From: Myxococcota bacterium
GTDB lineage: Bacteria; Myxococcota_A; UBA9160; PR03
NCBI GenBank assembly: GCA_041611735.1
Contig: JBFIML010000007.1
Coordinates: 55,997-119,996, forward strand
Direction of reading: 5' to 3'
DNA length: 64,000 bases
In this document: piece after piece, positions 34,287-44,845 of the stretch
Layout: the number at the start of each line of letters is the position of its first letter
Position numbering within the stretch: position 1 is the first letter of the stretch
The notes under the pieces: generated by a model
Databases searched by the model: none
Told to the model about the DNA's origin: nothing
Seen by the model: only the letters and a program-made list of their open reading frames with translations
Position numbers and translations under genes: made by a program

Positions 34287-35333
34287 ATGCGAGTGGCAGT
34301 GTCGACCCTCGGGCATCCTAGCGCTCCGGCGATCACGACTCCGCTCCTCGACCTGCTCTGCATCGGCGGTCTCTCGATCCTCGCGATCACTCCCTTCCTG
34401 TTCCTGAGCCCCGACGAAGCGAGCTTCATCCTCCTGCCGCAGCTGCTTCTGGCGGCAACGTTGTTGAACGGCGCCCACTTCATCGCGTCGTACCGCCTGC
34501 TCTACTCCTCCCGGACCCACGTGGCCCGCTACCGTGCGGCCTCGATCTACGTTCCGGCGGCCCTGGTACTGTACTGCTCCTGGGCCGCCCTCACCGCGGG
34601 CAAGGATCCGAACCAATCGCTCTACGTGCAGGGCTTCCTGATCTTCACGGCCTTCTACCTGGCCTTGCACTACACCGGCCAGACGTGGGGGATGATGGCG
34701 TCCTTCTCCCATCTGGAGGGGGTTCGCATCGCCGACCGGGAGCGCCGGTTGTTCCGCGCCTGCCTGTACGTCCTGGTCGGCTGGCAGGTGGTCTGGTCGC
34801 TGAACCTGATCTCGGAACCACCCCGTTGGCTGGCGACCCATCTCGGCACCTTGAACGGCGTCAGCCACGCCGCGGCGGTGGCGACCATTCCTGTCGCCTT
34901 CTTCACGTTCGTCTCCCTGGCCCGGCGCACGGCCCGTCCGCCTCCCCCGCGCGTGTGGATCCCCCTGGCTGCCTTGTACTTCTGGTACGCCCTCATCTGG
35001 AAGTTTCCGGGTGCTCTGATGGGCGTCCAGATCGCCCACGCCCTCCAGTACATCATCTTCCCGCTCCGGGTGGAGGCGAACCGCCACGTGCGGAAGTCGG
35101 CCTCCGGGCCAGGCCGGCACATGCTGTTCTACCTTTGTACGCTGAGCGTCCTGGCCTGGCTCGTCTTCGTCTCGCTCCCGGGCTGGGCCGGGCAGGCAAG
35201 CAGCGGCTTGGGGATGTATGTCGCATTGCTGATCACGGCCATCAACGTGCACCATTTCTACATCGACGGCTGTGTCTGGAAGCTTCGCAACCCGATCGTG
35301 CGGGACGACATCTTCGCGCATCTTCCGAGGTAG
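34287..35333 (+). CDS. Hypothetical multi-pass membrane protein with spaced His motifs
   Basis: About 9 TM helices; AHFIAS, LHYTGQ, AHALQY and VHHFYIDG..WK. Confidence 0.6.
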   Translation: MRVAVSTLGHPSAPAITTPLLDLLCIGGLSILAITPFLFLSPDEASFILLPQLLLAATLLNGAHFIASYRLLYSSRTHVARYRAASIYVPAALVLYCSWAALTAGKDPNQSLYVQGFLIFTAFYLALHYTGQTWGMMASFSHLEGVRIADRERRLFRACLYVLVGWQVVWSLNLISEPPRWLATHLGTLNGVSHAAAVATIPVAFFTFVSLARRTARPPPPRVWIPLAALYFWYALIWKFPGALMGVQIAHALQYIIFPLRVEANRHVRKSASGPGRHMLFYLCTLSVLAWLVFVSLPGWAGQASSGLGMYVALLITAINVHHFYIDGCVWKLRNPIVRDDIFAHLPR

Positions 35334-35365
35334 CCGGGTCTTCGCCGAGTCACAGGAGGCTCCCC

Positions 35366-36670
35366 ATGCCGGCCGACGCGCTCGATCTGGCCACGCTCGA
35401 CATCGCCACCCCCGAGCACTACGAGCGCAACGGCTATCCCTACCGCGAATGGGCCTATCTCCGGAAGCACGCTCCGGTCTTCTGGTACCAGCGGGACAAC
35501 GTAGAGCCCTTCTGGGCGGTGACGAAGCACGCGGACATCATCGAGCTCGGGAAGCAGCCCGGGCGCTTCCTCAACTCGCCCCGCCTGGCGGTCTTCACCC
35601 GCGACCTGCCGCCGCCGCCGGAGGGCTCCACCCGGCACCTCCTCACCATGGATCCGCCGGACCACGCCCGCTACCGCCAGGTCACCAGCAAGCGCTTCAC
35701 GCCGCGGGCAGTCACCGGCTGGGAGGCCAAGATCCGGCGCATCACCCGTGAAGTGATCGACGAAGCGGGCCAGCGGGAGCGCATCGACTTCGTGCGCGAC
35801 GTCTCTGCCCGGATCACGATCGCCGTCATCGCGGAGATGCTGGGAGTGCCCCGCGAGGACCGGGAGCTTCTCTTCCGCTGGACCAACGAGATCATCGCGC
35901 CCCAGGACCCGGATTTCGCCCAGGGGACGCCGGACCAGACCCTGGAGCGCGCCCGGACCGAAGTCTTCGAGTACTTCCAGCGCATGGCCGAAGAGCGGCG
36001 ACGCGAGCCCACGGACGACATCGTGAGTGTCGTCGCCAATGGAACGGTGAATGGCAGACCCCTGCCGCCCGTGGAACTGCTTTCCTACTACTTCCTGCTG
36101 GTCGTCGCCGGGAACGAGACCACTCGCAACGCCATGACCGGCGGGCTGCTCGCCTTCCTGGAGAACCCGGGCGAGTGGCGCAAGCTGAAGCAGAACCGGG
36201 AGCTGATCGGTCCCGCCGTCGAGGAGATCGTGCGGTGGACCACGCCGGTGATCCAGTTCTGCCGCACGGCCACCGAGGACTACGAGCTGCGCGGCCAGAA
36301 GATCCGCGCCGGCCAGAGCTGCTGTCTCTTCTACCCGTCCGGCAACCGCGACGAGGAAGTGTTCCCGGACGGCGACCGCTTCCGCGTGGACCGCGATCCC
36401 AACCACCACATCGCCTTCGGCCGAGGCGAGCACGTGTGTCTTGGTGCGCACCTGGCACGCCTCGAGATCCAGTGCGCCTTCGAGGAGCTTCGCGAACGCC
36501 TGGGGCAGGCGGAGCTCGCGGGTCCCGTGGAGCGGGTGCGCTCGTCCTTCGTGGGCGGAATCAAGCGCGTGCCGCTGCGTTGGGAGATCGCACCGGCCCG
36601 AGCTGGCGGCCTCGGGCGACCGGGAAGGACGGCTTCCCGGAGGTTTACTAAGGGACGGCATTCGGGGTAG
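35366..36670 (+). CDS. Cytochrome P450 (CYP125/142-like)
   Basis: MDPPDH, AGNETT I-helix, EEIVRW (ExxR), NRD and FGRGEHVCLG heme motif; AGGAGG RBS. Confidence 0.93.
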   Translation: MPADALDLATLDIATPEHYERNGYPYREWAYLRKHAPVFWYQRDNVEPFWAVTKHADIIELGKQPGRFLNSPRLAVFTRDLPPPPEGSTRHLLTMDPPDHARYRQVTSKRFTPRAVTGWEAKIRRITREVIDEAGQRERIDFVRDVSARITIAVIAEMLGVPREDRELLFRWTNEIIAPQDPDFAQGTPDQTLERARTEVFEYFQRMAEERRREPTDDIVSVVANGTVNGRPLPPVELLSYYFLLVVAGNETTRNAMTGGLLAFLENPGEWRKLKQNRELIGPAVEEIVRWTTPVIQFCRTATEDYELRGQKIRAGQSCCLFYPSGNRDEEVFPDGDRFRVDRDPNHHIAFGRGEHVCLGAHLARLEIQCAFEELRERLGQAELAGPVERVRSSFVGGIKRVPLRWEIAPARAGGLGRPGRTASRRFTKGRHSG

Positions 36671-36771
36671 CCTCGGGGGTGGCCCCGGGGGGAGGGGGCT
36701 CCACTCAGCCGCCCTGGGCCGGGAGCCGACAGCTCGGGTCTCAGCGCTCGGCTGAGGTGGCAGGGCGGAGC

Positions 36772-38820
36772 GTGTCGAGGACCGAGCCCCAGGGCAGTGC
36801 AGCGTCGGCGACAGCCGGAAGCGGGATCGCGACCGCCGTGCTGCTCATGCTGCTCGCCGCAGTGCTGCGCCTCCACGCTCTCGGCGAGCTCGGCTTCGCG
36901 GGCGCCGAATACTACGTGGTGCTCTCCGCCCGCGGCATCCTCGCCCACGGCGTGCCGGAGTTCCCGTCCGGACTGGTGTATCCGCGTGCGCTTCCGTTCT
37001 CCTACGCGACGGCAGCGATCGTCCGCATCTTCGGCGAGAGCGAGTTCTCGGTCCGGCTGCTCGGCGCCCTGCTCTCCACCGTCGCCGTCGGCGCCGTCTA
37101 CGGCTTCGCCCGGCGTAGCTTCGGTCCCGAGGTCGCCCTGGTCGCCGGCCTGGTCATGGCTGTGTCCGCCCTCGAGATCACCCTGGGCCGGACGGCGCGC
37201 ATGTACGGGCCGTTCTCGTTCTTTGCGTTGCTCGGGCTCTGGTTTCTCCATCGCGCCGTCTACGAAGGAGACCGGCGCTATCGGATTCCGACCCTCATCG
37301 CACTTGCCATCGCCACGTCACTCCACGCCACCGCGGGGACGTTGCTGTTTCCCGTCGCGGCATTGTGGATCTTCTCCGACACGCGCGCGCGCCATCGCGG
37401 CTTCGTCGTCCTGTGCGGCGCGTTGATCGTCGCATCCTGGGTGGCCCAGGCAGCCCTGAGTGTCCACCATTACGACCACTGGAAGCGCCGGGTCGCGGAA
37501 GCCCGAGCCCTGGATGGCGATGGCGCTGCGTCTGCCGCGCTCCTCGCCGGCTCCAGGGACTCCGCCATCCGCGAGCACTTCGCGCTCCTCGCCCGAGCCA
37601 ACCAAACGCTCGGACTCCAGCCCCCGGCGTTGATCGGGGCGATCGGGCTGGTCGCTACCGGCGCGGCGGTCCTTTCCCGATCCGTCGCGGGTCCGGGCGT
37701 CCTGCTCCCCCTGGTGACGTTCGCGACCGTTGCGGCTCTGTGCCTTCACCAGATCATGGCGGCCCTCTACGCCGCGAGCGGCTTTGCGCTGCTCGCCTTC
37801 TTCCGGCCCGGGATTGCCGGCCGGGGCCCCCCGCTGGTGCTCCTGGCGCTGGTCGCCCTGGGGACGGTCGCCTGGCTGGCCTTCGGGATGCGGGAAGCCG
37901 AGGCCCTCTCCCTCGGCGGCACCCTGGTCGGCTATCCGAAGAACTTCCTGCTGCACTACGTCCAACGGTCGCCGGCGATGGCCGTGGTGGTGGCGATGGG
38001 AGCTCTCGAGATTCTTCGCGCGTATCGGAATGAAGGCCGGGACTCGAGGCGCGTCTACGTGCTGGCTGCGCTGATCCTGCCCGCCGTCACCATGGGCCTC
38101 CATCCCGACGCCCCGTCGCGCTTCTTCGAACGCTACTCGGATTTCTTGAACCCCTATTTCGTCATCCTCTATGCCTACGGGATCTGTTGGCTGTCCCGCG
38201 GAGCCCTGCAGCTGTTTCGACTGCATGGGCGTCGGGAGCCGATGGGCCCCCTCGGGTATGTGCTGGTGGCGGTCCTTCTGCTGCTCACGAACGGCGTCGA
38301 CCCGCGCGCGGCGATCGCCGCGGCGGCGCCGCACTACGGACCCAACCAGCGGCTGCGCGAGGCCTCCGGAAAGGCTCGGGTCCGTGCAGATTATCAGGGC
38401 CCGTCCCGGTTCGTTTGCGCCCGGGCCGCGGCCCAGGACGTGATGATCGTCACGAACATCCTGGCCCACTACCTCTACTGTGGACGTGCCGACTACCATT
38501 TCACCATCGAGAATGGAAGCCGTGACGCAGAGGGATGGATCGGCTCCGCCCGCACGCTTCACAGCGTGCAGGAGCTGCTGGCGGTAATGGAAGCCGAGGG
38601 GACGCAGCGATTCTGGCTGGTGCTCTCCCAGGACGAGGTCCGCCGCAGACGGAACCGGGGCCGCTTCCACGAGCTGGAGGCGCTGCTTCGGGCGGACTGC
38701 GTGCGTCTGGAGCACGCGGGGCGGGACGGCGTGTCGGCGGTCTACTCCTGGCAGGGCTCCTGCCTGGCGGCGCTGCAGCGGGGAGCCCGCTCGTCGTCCA
38801 GTGCGGGCCGCGGCCCCTGA
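36772..38820 (+). CDS. GT-C membrane glycosyltransferase (ArnT/PMT_2, GT39/83-like)
   Basis: LRL..LG...F.GAEYY, FGESEFSVRL and ARMY motifs; many TM helices; start may be 36679. Confidence 0.75.
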   Translation: MSRTEPQGSAASATAGSGIATAVLLMLLAAVLRLHALGELGFAGAEYYVVLSARGILAHGVPEFPSGLVYPRALPFSYATAAIVRIFGESEFSVRLLGALLSTVAVGAVYGFARRSFGPEVALVAGLVMAVSALEITLGRTARMYGPFSFFALLGLWFLHRAVYEGDRRYRIPTLIALAIATSLHATAGTLLFPVAALWIFSDTRARHRGFVVLCGALIVASWVAQAALSVHHYDHWKRRVAEARALDGDGAASAALLAGSRDSAIREHFALLARANQTLGLQPPALIGAIGLVATGAAVLSRSVAGPGVLLPLVTFATVAALCLHQIMAALYAASGFALLAFFRPGIAGRGPPLVLLALVALGTVAWLAFGMREAEALSLGGTLVGYPKNFLLHYVQRSPAMAVVVAMGALEILRAYRNEGRDSRRVYVLAALILPAVTMGLHPDAPSRFFERYSDFLNPYFVILYAYGICWLSRGALQLFRLHGRREPMGPLGYVLVAVLLLLTNGVDPRAAIAAAAPHYGPNQRLREASGKARVRADYQGPSRFVCARAAAQDVMIVTNILAHYLYCGRADYHFTIENGSRDAEGWIGSARTLHSVQELLAVMEAEGTQRFWLVLSQDEVRRRRNRGRFHELEALLRADCVRLEHAGRDGVSAVYSWQGSCLAALQRGARSSSSAGRGP

Positions 38821-38948
38821 GCCCCGTGGGGAGGAAGTGCCGAGTCCGTGCCTGGCCGACCCGATCTCCGGAGCGTGAGCAGAATCACGCCCCCCTCCTG
38901 GCGAGTGCCGATGCGACCTGAGGAACGAAGCTCCAGGAGCGAGTGCCC

Positions 38949-40076
38949 ATGCGAACCATCCGTCCGAGCCTGCTGACGCTGTGCCTGTGCCTCTTCTGGT
39001 CCACGGGGGGGCTGGCCTTCGAACATCCGGGTGGCGTCCACACACGCGCCCAGATCCAGAAGGCCCGACAGGAGCTGCTTGCGGGCGCCGCGCCCTGGAC
39101 GGCCGCCCATGCGCGCCTGATCGATCGCGCCAACGCCGGGCTTTCCGAGGCGCCCTCCGCCGTGGAGGACTATGACGTTCCCGGCTACTACGAGAACGCG
39201 GCGGCCCACACCGCAGCCAAGACCCGTCTCCGAGACGACGCGAACGCTGCCTACAGCTGCGCACTCGCGTTCCAGATCAATTTCGGGCTCTCCAGCCAAG
39301 CACGCACGCAGTACGCCGAGAAGGCGAAGGCCATCCTCAACGACTGGGCGTACACCAACAAGAGGATCTCCGGACACGATGGAGATCTCGTGATGGCCTA
39401 CGTGGGCACGACGCTCGCCCTCGCGGCAGAGCTGCTCTGGGACCATCCCGGCTGGTCCGAGACGGACAAGCGCCAGTTCCGTTCCTGGACGCAATCCGTG
39501 CTGCGCGGCGCCTCTGCCATCCAGAGCCGGAGCAACAACTGGGCGGATTGGGGGATCTTCGCTGCGCTGGTGGCAGATCATCTGCTCGACGATGCGTCGA
39601 GCATGCAAGCGCACGTATCCAGACTGCAGAGCCTGATCGACGACCAGATTGCTCCGGACGGCTCTCTGCCCAGCGAGTTGAGGCGTGGTGAGAAAAGCCT
39701 CTGGTACACGTACTTCGCCCTGGCTCCTCTCACCAACGCCGTCGAGCTGGTCCGGAACGCCACGGGAACCGACCTCTATACCTGGACGCCGCCCAGCGGC
39801 GGCACCCTCCGACAAGCCGTCGCCTTCTTCTTCCGGGGGGCCAGCAGTCCGGCCGCATGGCCCACCGAGGTCGCCAGCAGCCCCGAACCCGATGGATGGG
39901 GGGGCGACCTGCTCTACGCCATGGGCCTGGTCTACGAGGATCGTTCGTTCCTGGACTGGGCCCGGCCCCCCTTCGGACCCAGCAACGCCGCCTGGGAGAG
40001 CCCCGATCTGCTGCTGCCCGCCCCTCTGAACAGCCTCTCGCTCAGGCCGCCGGGTCGCCCCAAGCTCGTGAACTGA
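38949..40076 (+). CDS. Secreted alginate-lyase-family (alpha/alpha barrel) polysaccharide lyase
   Basis: Signal peptide; FEHPG, YAEKA..IL..WA, NNWADW, DGSLP.ELRRG and WYTYF; AGGAG RBS. Confidence 0.75.
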   Translation: MRTIRPSLLTLCLCLFWSTGGLAFEHPGGVHTRAQIQKARQELLAGAAPWTAAHARLIDRANAGLSEAPSAVEDYDVPGYYENAAAHTAAKTRLRDDANAAYSCALAFQINFGLSSQARTQYAEKAKAILNDWAYTNKRISGHDGDLVMAYVGTTLALAAELLWDHPGWSETDKRQFRSWTQSVLRGASAIQSRSNNWADWGIFAALVADHLLDDASSMQAHVSRLQSLIDDQIAPDGSLPSELRRGEKSLWYTYFALAPLTNAVELVRNATGTDLYTWTPPSGGTLRQAVAFFFRGASSPAAWPTEVASSPEPDGWGGDLLYAMGLVYEDRSFLDWARPPFGPSNAAWESPDLLLPAPLNSLSLRPPGRPKLVN

Positions 40077-41202
40077 TCGATCCCTCGAGGATCCGCTCGT
40101 AGAGCTCGGCGTAGCGCTCCGCGATCGACTCGCTGCAATGGTCGCGAAGCACCCGCTCCTGGGCCCGCTTCGCCCGCGCCTTCACATCTTCCGCATGGCT
40201 TCTGGCCCAGGCCAGCTTCTCGGCCAGATCCAACGCATCCCCTGGCTCGAAGTAGACGACCTCGCTCTCGTCGAAGATGGCGCTGTTCTCGGGGATGCGG
40301 CTGCAGACCACCGGGACTCCCAAGCTGGCCACCTCGAGCAACATGATCGACATGCCCTCGGTGAGCGATGGAAATACGAAGAGCTCCGCCTTCTCGATCA
40401 TCGCTATCAGGACCTGCTTCCTCCTCACGTAGCCCACGAAATGCACGTCGAGCCCTTCTGCCAGAGCCCGGAGCTTCCGCGTGTACGCCGGCACCTGCCC
40501 GAGGTCACCGATCACGACCACCCGCTCCGACCGCTCGAGCAGGCGCAGCGCCTCCAGGAGCGTATGGCAGCCCTTGGTCGCAATGATGCGGCGCGCGGCG
40601 AACAAGACGAATCCGCTGGGAATCCCGCTGGCAGCCAGGATCCCGTCCGCCCCCGCCTGGTCTCGCTCCAGATCCCTGCGGACCCCGTTGGGGATGAACT
40701 GGACCTCTCGCCCGTACTGCTGGCCGTAGTACTCGGTCAGCGGTCGGGAAATGCACGTCAACTGCGCCTTCGAACGCACGAAGATCCTCTCTGCCACGCG
40801 GAAGTACGCCTTCGCCACCCGCGACCACTTGTCTCTGCGATACGGCGCCTCGTGGGAGGTGGCCACACACGGGAAGCGCCAACTGATCAGCGGCAAGAAC
40901 AGGGCCGCATCCGTCTTGTGCACGTGCACCAGGTCGTAGCGTCCGCGCAGGAGCACGTGTACGCAGCAGAGCAGGTAGAATAGGAAGACGCCCAAGGAGC
41001 CGAGTGGCAGGCTCGGAAAGGTCACGACCTCGACGTCCTCGATGCGTGTTCCTGGCGCTCCGGCTTCGTGGCAGTACACGGTCAGGTGATAACGGTCCTT
41101 CAGGGCGAGGATCAGGTCCTCCACCACCCGCCCGGTCCCCCCTCGCGATGGCAGGTACCGGATCCCGATGATTGCGATCCTCGGCCGCTCCCCGCGCCTC
41201 AT
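40042..41202 (-). CDS. Glycosyltransferase family 4
   Basis: IAIIGIRYLP..GG, IPNG, KG and FVFPSLTEGMSIMLLE (Ex7E). Confidence 0.88.
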   Translation of the reverse strand: MRRGERPRIAIIGIRYLPSRGGTGRVVEDLILALKDRYHLTVYCHEAGAPGTRIEDVEVVTFPSLPLGSLGVFLFYLLCCVHVLLRGRYDLVHVHKTDAALFLPLISWRFPCVATSHEAPYRRDKWSRVAKAYFRVAERIFVRSKAQLTCISRPLTEYYGQQYGREVQFIPNGVRRDLERDQAGADGILAASGIPSGFVLFAARRIIATKGCHTLLEALRLLERSERVVVIGDLGQVPAYTRKLRALAEGLDVHFVGYVRRKQVLIAMIEKAELFVFPSLTEGMSIMLLEVASLGVPVVCSRIPENSAIFDESEVVYFEPGDALDLAEKLAWARSHAEDVKARAKRAQERVLRDHCSESIAERYAELYERILEGSISSRAWGDPAA

Positions 41203-42266
41203 GTGAGACTCTCCACCAGCTCGAGATATCTGCTCTGGAAGCGGTCGAACGAGTATCCCGAAACCAGCTCCAGGCTACGCTGCCCGCATGCCGCGCGGCG
41301 CTCTCCGTCCTCGATCAGGCCCAGCAGCCGCTCGGCGATGGCCTCGTCGTCGCCCACCGGCACCAGATGGCCGTTGACCCCTTCCTGGACCAGCAAACGA
41401 TTGTCGCCGGCGTCCGTCGCGACCACCGGGAGGCCGGACGCCATGGCCTCCAGCAGCGTGTTGGAGAGGCCTTCGAAAAGCGAGGTGCAGAGGTACACAT
41501 CCGCATCCCGGTAGATCGACTCGACCTCCCGGGGATCCACGCGCAGCTCCACGTCCTCCTCCAGGGCCAGATCGCGGATCCAAGCGCGGCATCTCTGCTC
41601 CAAGGGACCGAGGCCCGCGATCACGTAGCGAATACGCCGGCGCGGCCCGAGCCGCCGCTTCACCCGTGCGATGCTCTTCAGCGCCGTCCGGTAGTCCTTC
41701 TGCTTCACGAGGCGGCCCACAGAGGCGACGCGCACCTCCTGTCCCGGGGCGCTGCGCCCCCCGGGCTTGCAGATCTCGATCCCGTTCGGGATCACGACGA
41801 GCTTCTGCGGGGCGAAGCCGCGGGCCACCAGAGCGGCGCGGCCAGCATGGGAGTTCGAGATCGAACACCGCAGCACCCGGTTGTGAAGCACTCGGAGCAC
41901 CGCTCGTTTGTGGACAGCGATTCGCGCGTTCCGAATCCCGCCACAGATGACGGGCACACCGCCCAGGGTGCCCGCCGCTGCCGCCATCAGGATATCCCCC
42001 GGAAGGTGGGCAAACAGCAGCTCGATCCGCTTCGATTTCAGGAACGAGGCGAACCAGCGCAACTTCTGACCCGGACTCCCGCGCAGGAAGATGGGGTCGA
42101 TCTTCGCCTGCGCGAGCGTATTTCGATGTCGCTGGTGACAGGGCCGATCTCGCATGGCCACGTAGTGGGTCTCGTGGGAATCAGCCAACGCCTTGGCGAG
42201 CAGGGCGCTCTGCTTCTCGGCTCCGCCCACACCCAGGGACCCGATCAGGACGCAGATTCGCCTCAT
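41199..42266 (-). CDS. Glycosyltransferase family 4
   Basis: SLGVGGAEKQ, IPNG, VGRLVKQKD and EGLSNTLLEAMASGLPVV. Confidence 0.92.
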   Translation of the reverse strand: MRRICVLIGSLGVGGAEKQSALLAKALADSHETHYVAMRDRPCHQRHRNTLAQAKIDPIFLRGSPGQKLRWFASFLKSKRIELLFAHLPGDILMAAAAGTLGGVPVICGGIRNARIAVHKRAVLRVLHNRVLRCSISNSHAGRAALVARGFAPQKLVVIPNGIEICKPGGRSAPGQEVRVASVGRLVKQKDYRTALKSIARVKRRLGPRRRIRYVIAGLGPLEQRCRAWIRDLALEEDVELRVDPREVESIYRDADVYLCTSLFEGLSNTLLEAMASGLPVVATDAGDNRLLVQEGVNGHLVPVGDDEAIAERLLGLIEDGERRAACGQRSLELVSGYSFDRFQSRYLELVESLT

Positions 42267-43654
42267 CCGGATCGGCCCGCTTCGCCCCGGCCCATGGCCA
42301 CCCGGTGCGCCGGGGGGTGCAGCGGGTACACGCAGACGGCGGCCAGGACGGCGTAGATCGGCTCGTAGCACATGTTGCCGTACACGAAGTAGGAAAGCGC
42401 CAGAAAGGCGAATGCACGCCGCACCTGAGTGTGTTCCAGCGGCTCCAGACCCCGGCCGCCGGGCCTCCAGGCGAAGATGGCCAGCAGGAACAGCACGTTC
42501 AGCCCGACGCCCACGAAGCCCGTCTCGGCCAGAATCATGCTCAGGGCCACCCGGTCGATCTCCCAACCCGGGTAGCGAACGCTCAAGGCCCCTGAAGCCC
42601 CGGGGAGCCGGCTATCCGAGGTGGCTCCGGGTCCGCGCCCGAGCAGCAGGTGCGCGGGATCCGTCGAATTCAACTCGTAGGCAAAGAGCACCGCACCGCC
42701 GCGCAAGAGTCGCCCGGCCGGCGTAAACTGGACGTTCTCGTCCCCGAACAAGTACCGGCTGATGTACTCTGGATCCAGGATGGAGCGCGCATAGGACGTC
42801 TGAGCAGTCCGTTTGTAGCTCATGTTGTAGATGGGCGTGAAGATGAGCAAGGCCACGGCGGGAAGAGCCACCGACGTGAGCACCACCTTCGGCCAGGCTT
42901 CCCGCCCGGCCTGCCACGCCCCCTGCAGCCCCAGGAATCCCAGCAGCGCCACCAAGTAGGGCACCGCAGCCTTCTGGTTTCCAACCCCGAGCGCCAGCAC
43001 CAGGAGCAGCAGCACCAGCACGGGAGGGGCGGCGATCACCCGGCGGCCGTTCATCCAATAGGCCAATACGATGCCGATGCAGTTCAGATGGAAGAAGAGC
43101 GTGATCGAGCCTACGAAGAAGAGACCCGTAACCCGGTCGCCGGGGTCGGGATCGTCGACGAACGGAACGACGGCAAGTCTCTGGACCACGCAGATCAGTG
43201 CCGACAACACACCGGCCGTCACCAAGAACGCATGAAGCCGGTCGCGGCCGTAATACCCGTAGACGCACTTCAGCGCCACGATGGCGCAGAACACCAGGAC
43301 GTAGCCTCGCTGCGCCACCAGAAACGAAGCCACGGTCGAGCCGTTCAGGAGCAGCGAAAGCCCCGACGTGACGAGGATCGCCGCGTAGATCCAGAGCAGG
43401 CTGCTGGGGATCCGCGGCCGCACCCGGGGCATCAAGAGGGTAACGGCCCCGGCGGCAAATGCGATGCACAGGAAGGGCAGCCACTTGACACCCGCTGGTA
43501 GACGGAAGTGGTAACGATCCACGTACGCAATCGGCACCAGCACGGGGACGAACGCCAGCCAGAAGGCGGCCCTTCGATGGCGGAGCGCCACGGCGGTGAG
43601 CATGATGAGAGCGGCTGTCGCCGCCAGATAGAGCAGCACCCGAGGCATCCCCAT
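42263..43654 (-). CDS. Probable Wzy polymerase / O-antigen-ligase-like membrane protein
   Basis: About 10-11 TM helices; DRVTGLF, LLLGRGPG and LAETG.VG; coupled to flanking GT genes. Confidence 0.65.
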   Translation of the reverse strand: MGMPRVLLYLAATAALIMLTAVALRHRRAAFWLAFVPVLVPIAYVDRYHFRLPAGVKWLPFLCIAFAAGAVTLLMPRVRPRIPSSLLWIYAAILVTSGLSLLLNGSTVASFLVAQRGYVLVFCAIVALKCVYGYYGRDRLHAFLVTAGVLSALICVVQRLAVVPFVDDPDPGDRVTGLFFVGSITLFFHLNCIGIVLAYWMNGRRVIAAPPVLVLLLLVLALGVGNQKAAVPYLVALLGFLGLQGAWQAGREAWPKVVLTSVALPAVALLIFTPIYNMSYKRTAQTSYARSILDPEYISRYLFGDENVQFTPAGRLLRGGAVLFAYELNSTDPAHLLLGRGPGATSDSRLPGASGALSVRYPGWEIDRVALSMILAETGFVGVGLNVLFLLAIFAWRPGGRGLEPLEHTQVRRAFAFLALSYFVYGNMCYEPIYAVLAAVCVYPLHPPAHRVAMGRGEAGRSG

Positions 43655-44808
43655 CACGCAACCCCGAGAGCCGCCAGGATCGTGGCAGCACGCTCTCGCC
43701 AGGTATAGCGGGCCAGGAAATCCTCCCGAGCGCTTCGTCCCAGCCTTGCGCCCAGCTTCGGCTCCTCCCGCAACGCTTCGATTCGGGCGACCCAGGCATC
43801 TAGATCGGCCGGTGATGCCAGCAGCGCGTTGGCTCCATCGCGCAGAACCTCTCTCAGCACTGGCAGGTCCGAGACGACCATGGGCTTGCCCGCGGCCATG
43901 TACTCGAAGACCTTCAACGGGGACATCCACCCCGCCACATTCACTCGCTTGCGGCCCACCAGGACGCGATTCTGATACGGTGCCAGCATCGCGTCGAACC
44001 GACCCAGATAGGCGTGCACCGAACCGGGCAGCACGTAGCCGTGGAACACGAGGTTGGCGAAGGGGGCGCGGCGTCGCCACGCGCGGACCTCGGCAGGAGA
44101 TCCACCCACCACGTGGAACTGGCAGCTCGGCAGCCGGGGCGCCAACTCGGCGATCAGCTCCATGCCCTTGCCGGGCGCCAGGCTCCCGATGTACCCCAGC
44201 TGGAACGCGGCGTTGCGCTTCGACAACTCGGCCCCCGCGGCCGAATCCAGTTGGCTCGCGCAGTCGATTGGGTCCGCCCCATCGGGTGCCACGAGGATCC
44301 GCTCTTCCAGGAGGTGCCCGAAGAGCCGCCTGTACTCGTCCCGCAGGGCAGCCGAGATCACCACCAGCCGCTCGAAAGTCCGGCTCTCGAAGATGCGTTG
44401 CTGCAGGAATCGCTCCAAACGATTCGAGGGCGGCTGATGCGCCTCGAGCACCATCGGAGCGCCCGCCCCGGGCGCCCGGGTCAGCAGAGCCAGTGCGTAG
44501 GAATCGCGCCCGTAGAAGAGGGTCGGGGGGGGCGCCCGGAACAGTCGCGCCTGAGTGCTCATGGCATAGAGCGCGCGACCCGCCACTGGAATCTGCGGTA
44601 CGGCCGCGCTGCGGACTTCGAAGCAGGGCCGGACTCCGTAGTACGCGAATACGTCCGGGAACGACTTTGCCTTGCGGCGGCAGAAGAGCACGACCCGATC
44701 GAAGCGCTCCGCGAGCGCCTCGCACATCTTCATGACCTGGATGCTGTTGGCCGTTCGCGACGGAACCAGGGAATTACTCAGATAGTAGATGCGTGTGGCG
44801 ACGCTCAA
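43654..44808 (-). CDS. Glycosyltransferase family 4
   Basis: PSRTANSIQVMKMCEA, YIGSL..GKG and SPLKVFEYMAAGKP; TTG start estimated (ORF extends to 44886). Confidence 0.88.
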   Translation of the reverse strand: MSVATRIYYLSNSLVPSRTANSIQVMKMCEALAERFDRVVLFCRRKAKSFPDVFAYYGVRPCFEVRSAAVPQIPVAGRALYAMSTQARLFRAPPPTLFYGRDSYALALLTRAPGAGAPMVLEAHQPPSNRLERFLQQRIFESRTFERLVVISAALRDEYRRLFGHLLEERILVAPDGADPIDCASQLDSAAGAELSKRNAAFQLGYIGSLAPGKGMELIAELAPRLPSCQFHVVGGSPAEVRAWRRRAPFANLVFHGYVLPGSVHAYLGRFDAMLAPYQNRVLVGRKRVNVAGWMSPLKVFEYMAAGKPMVVSDLPVLREVLRDGANALLASPADLDAWVARIEALREEPKLGARLGRSAREDFLARYTWRERAATILAALGVA

Positions 44809-44845
44809 CGGTGTGCTTCTGCGCGGGGGCGGTCTCGAGCGGGTG

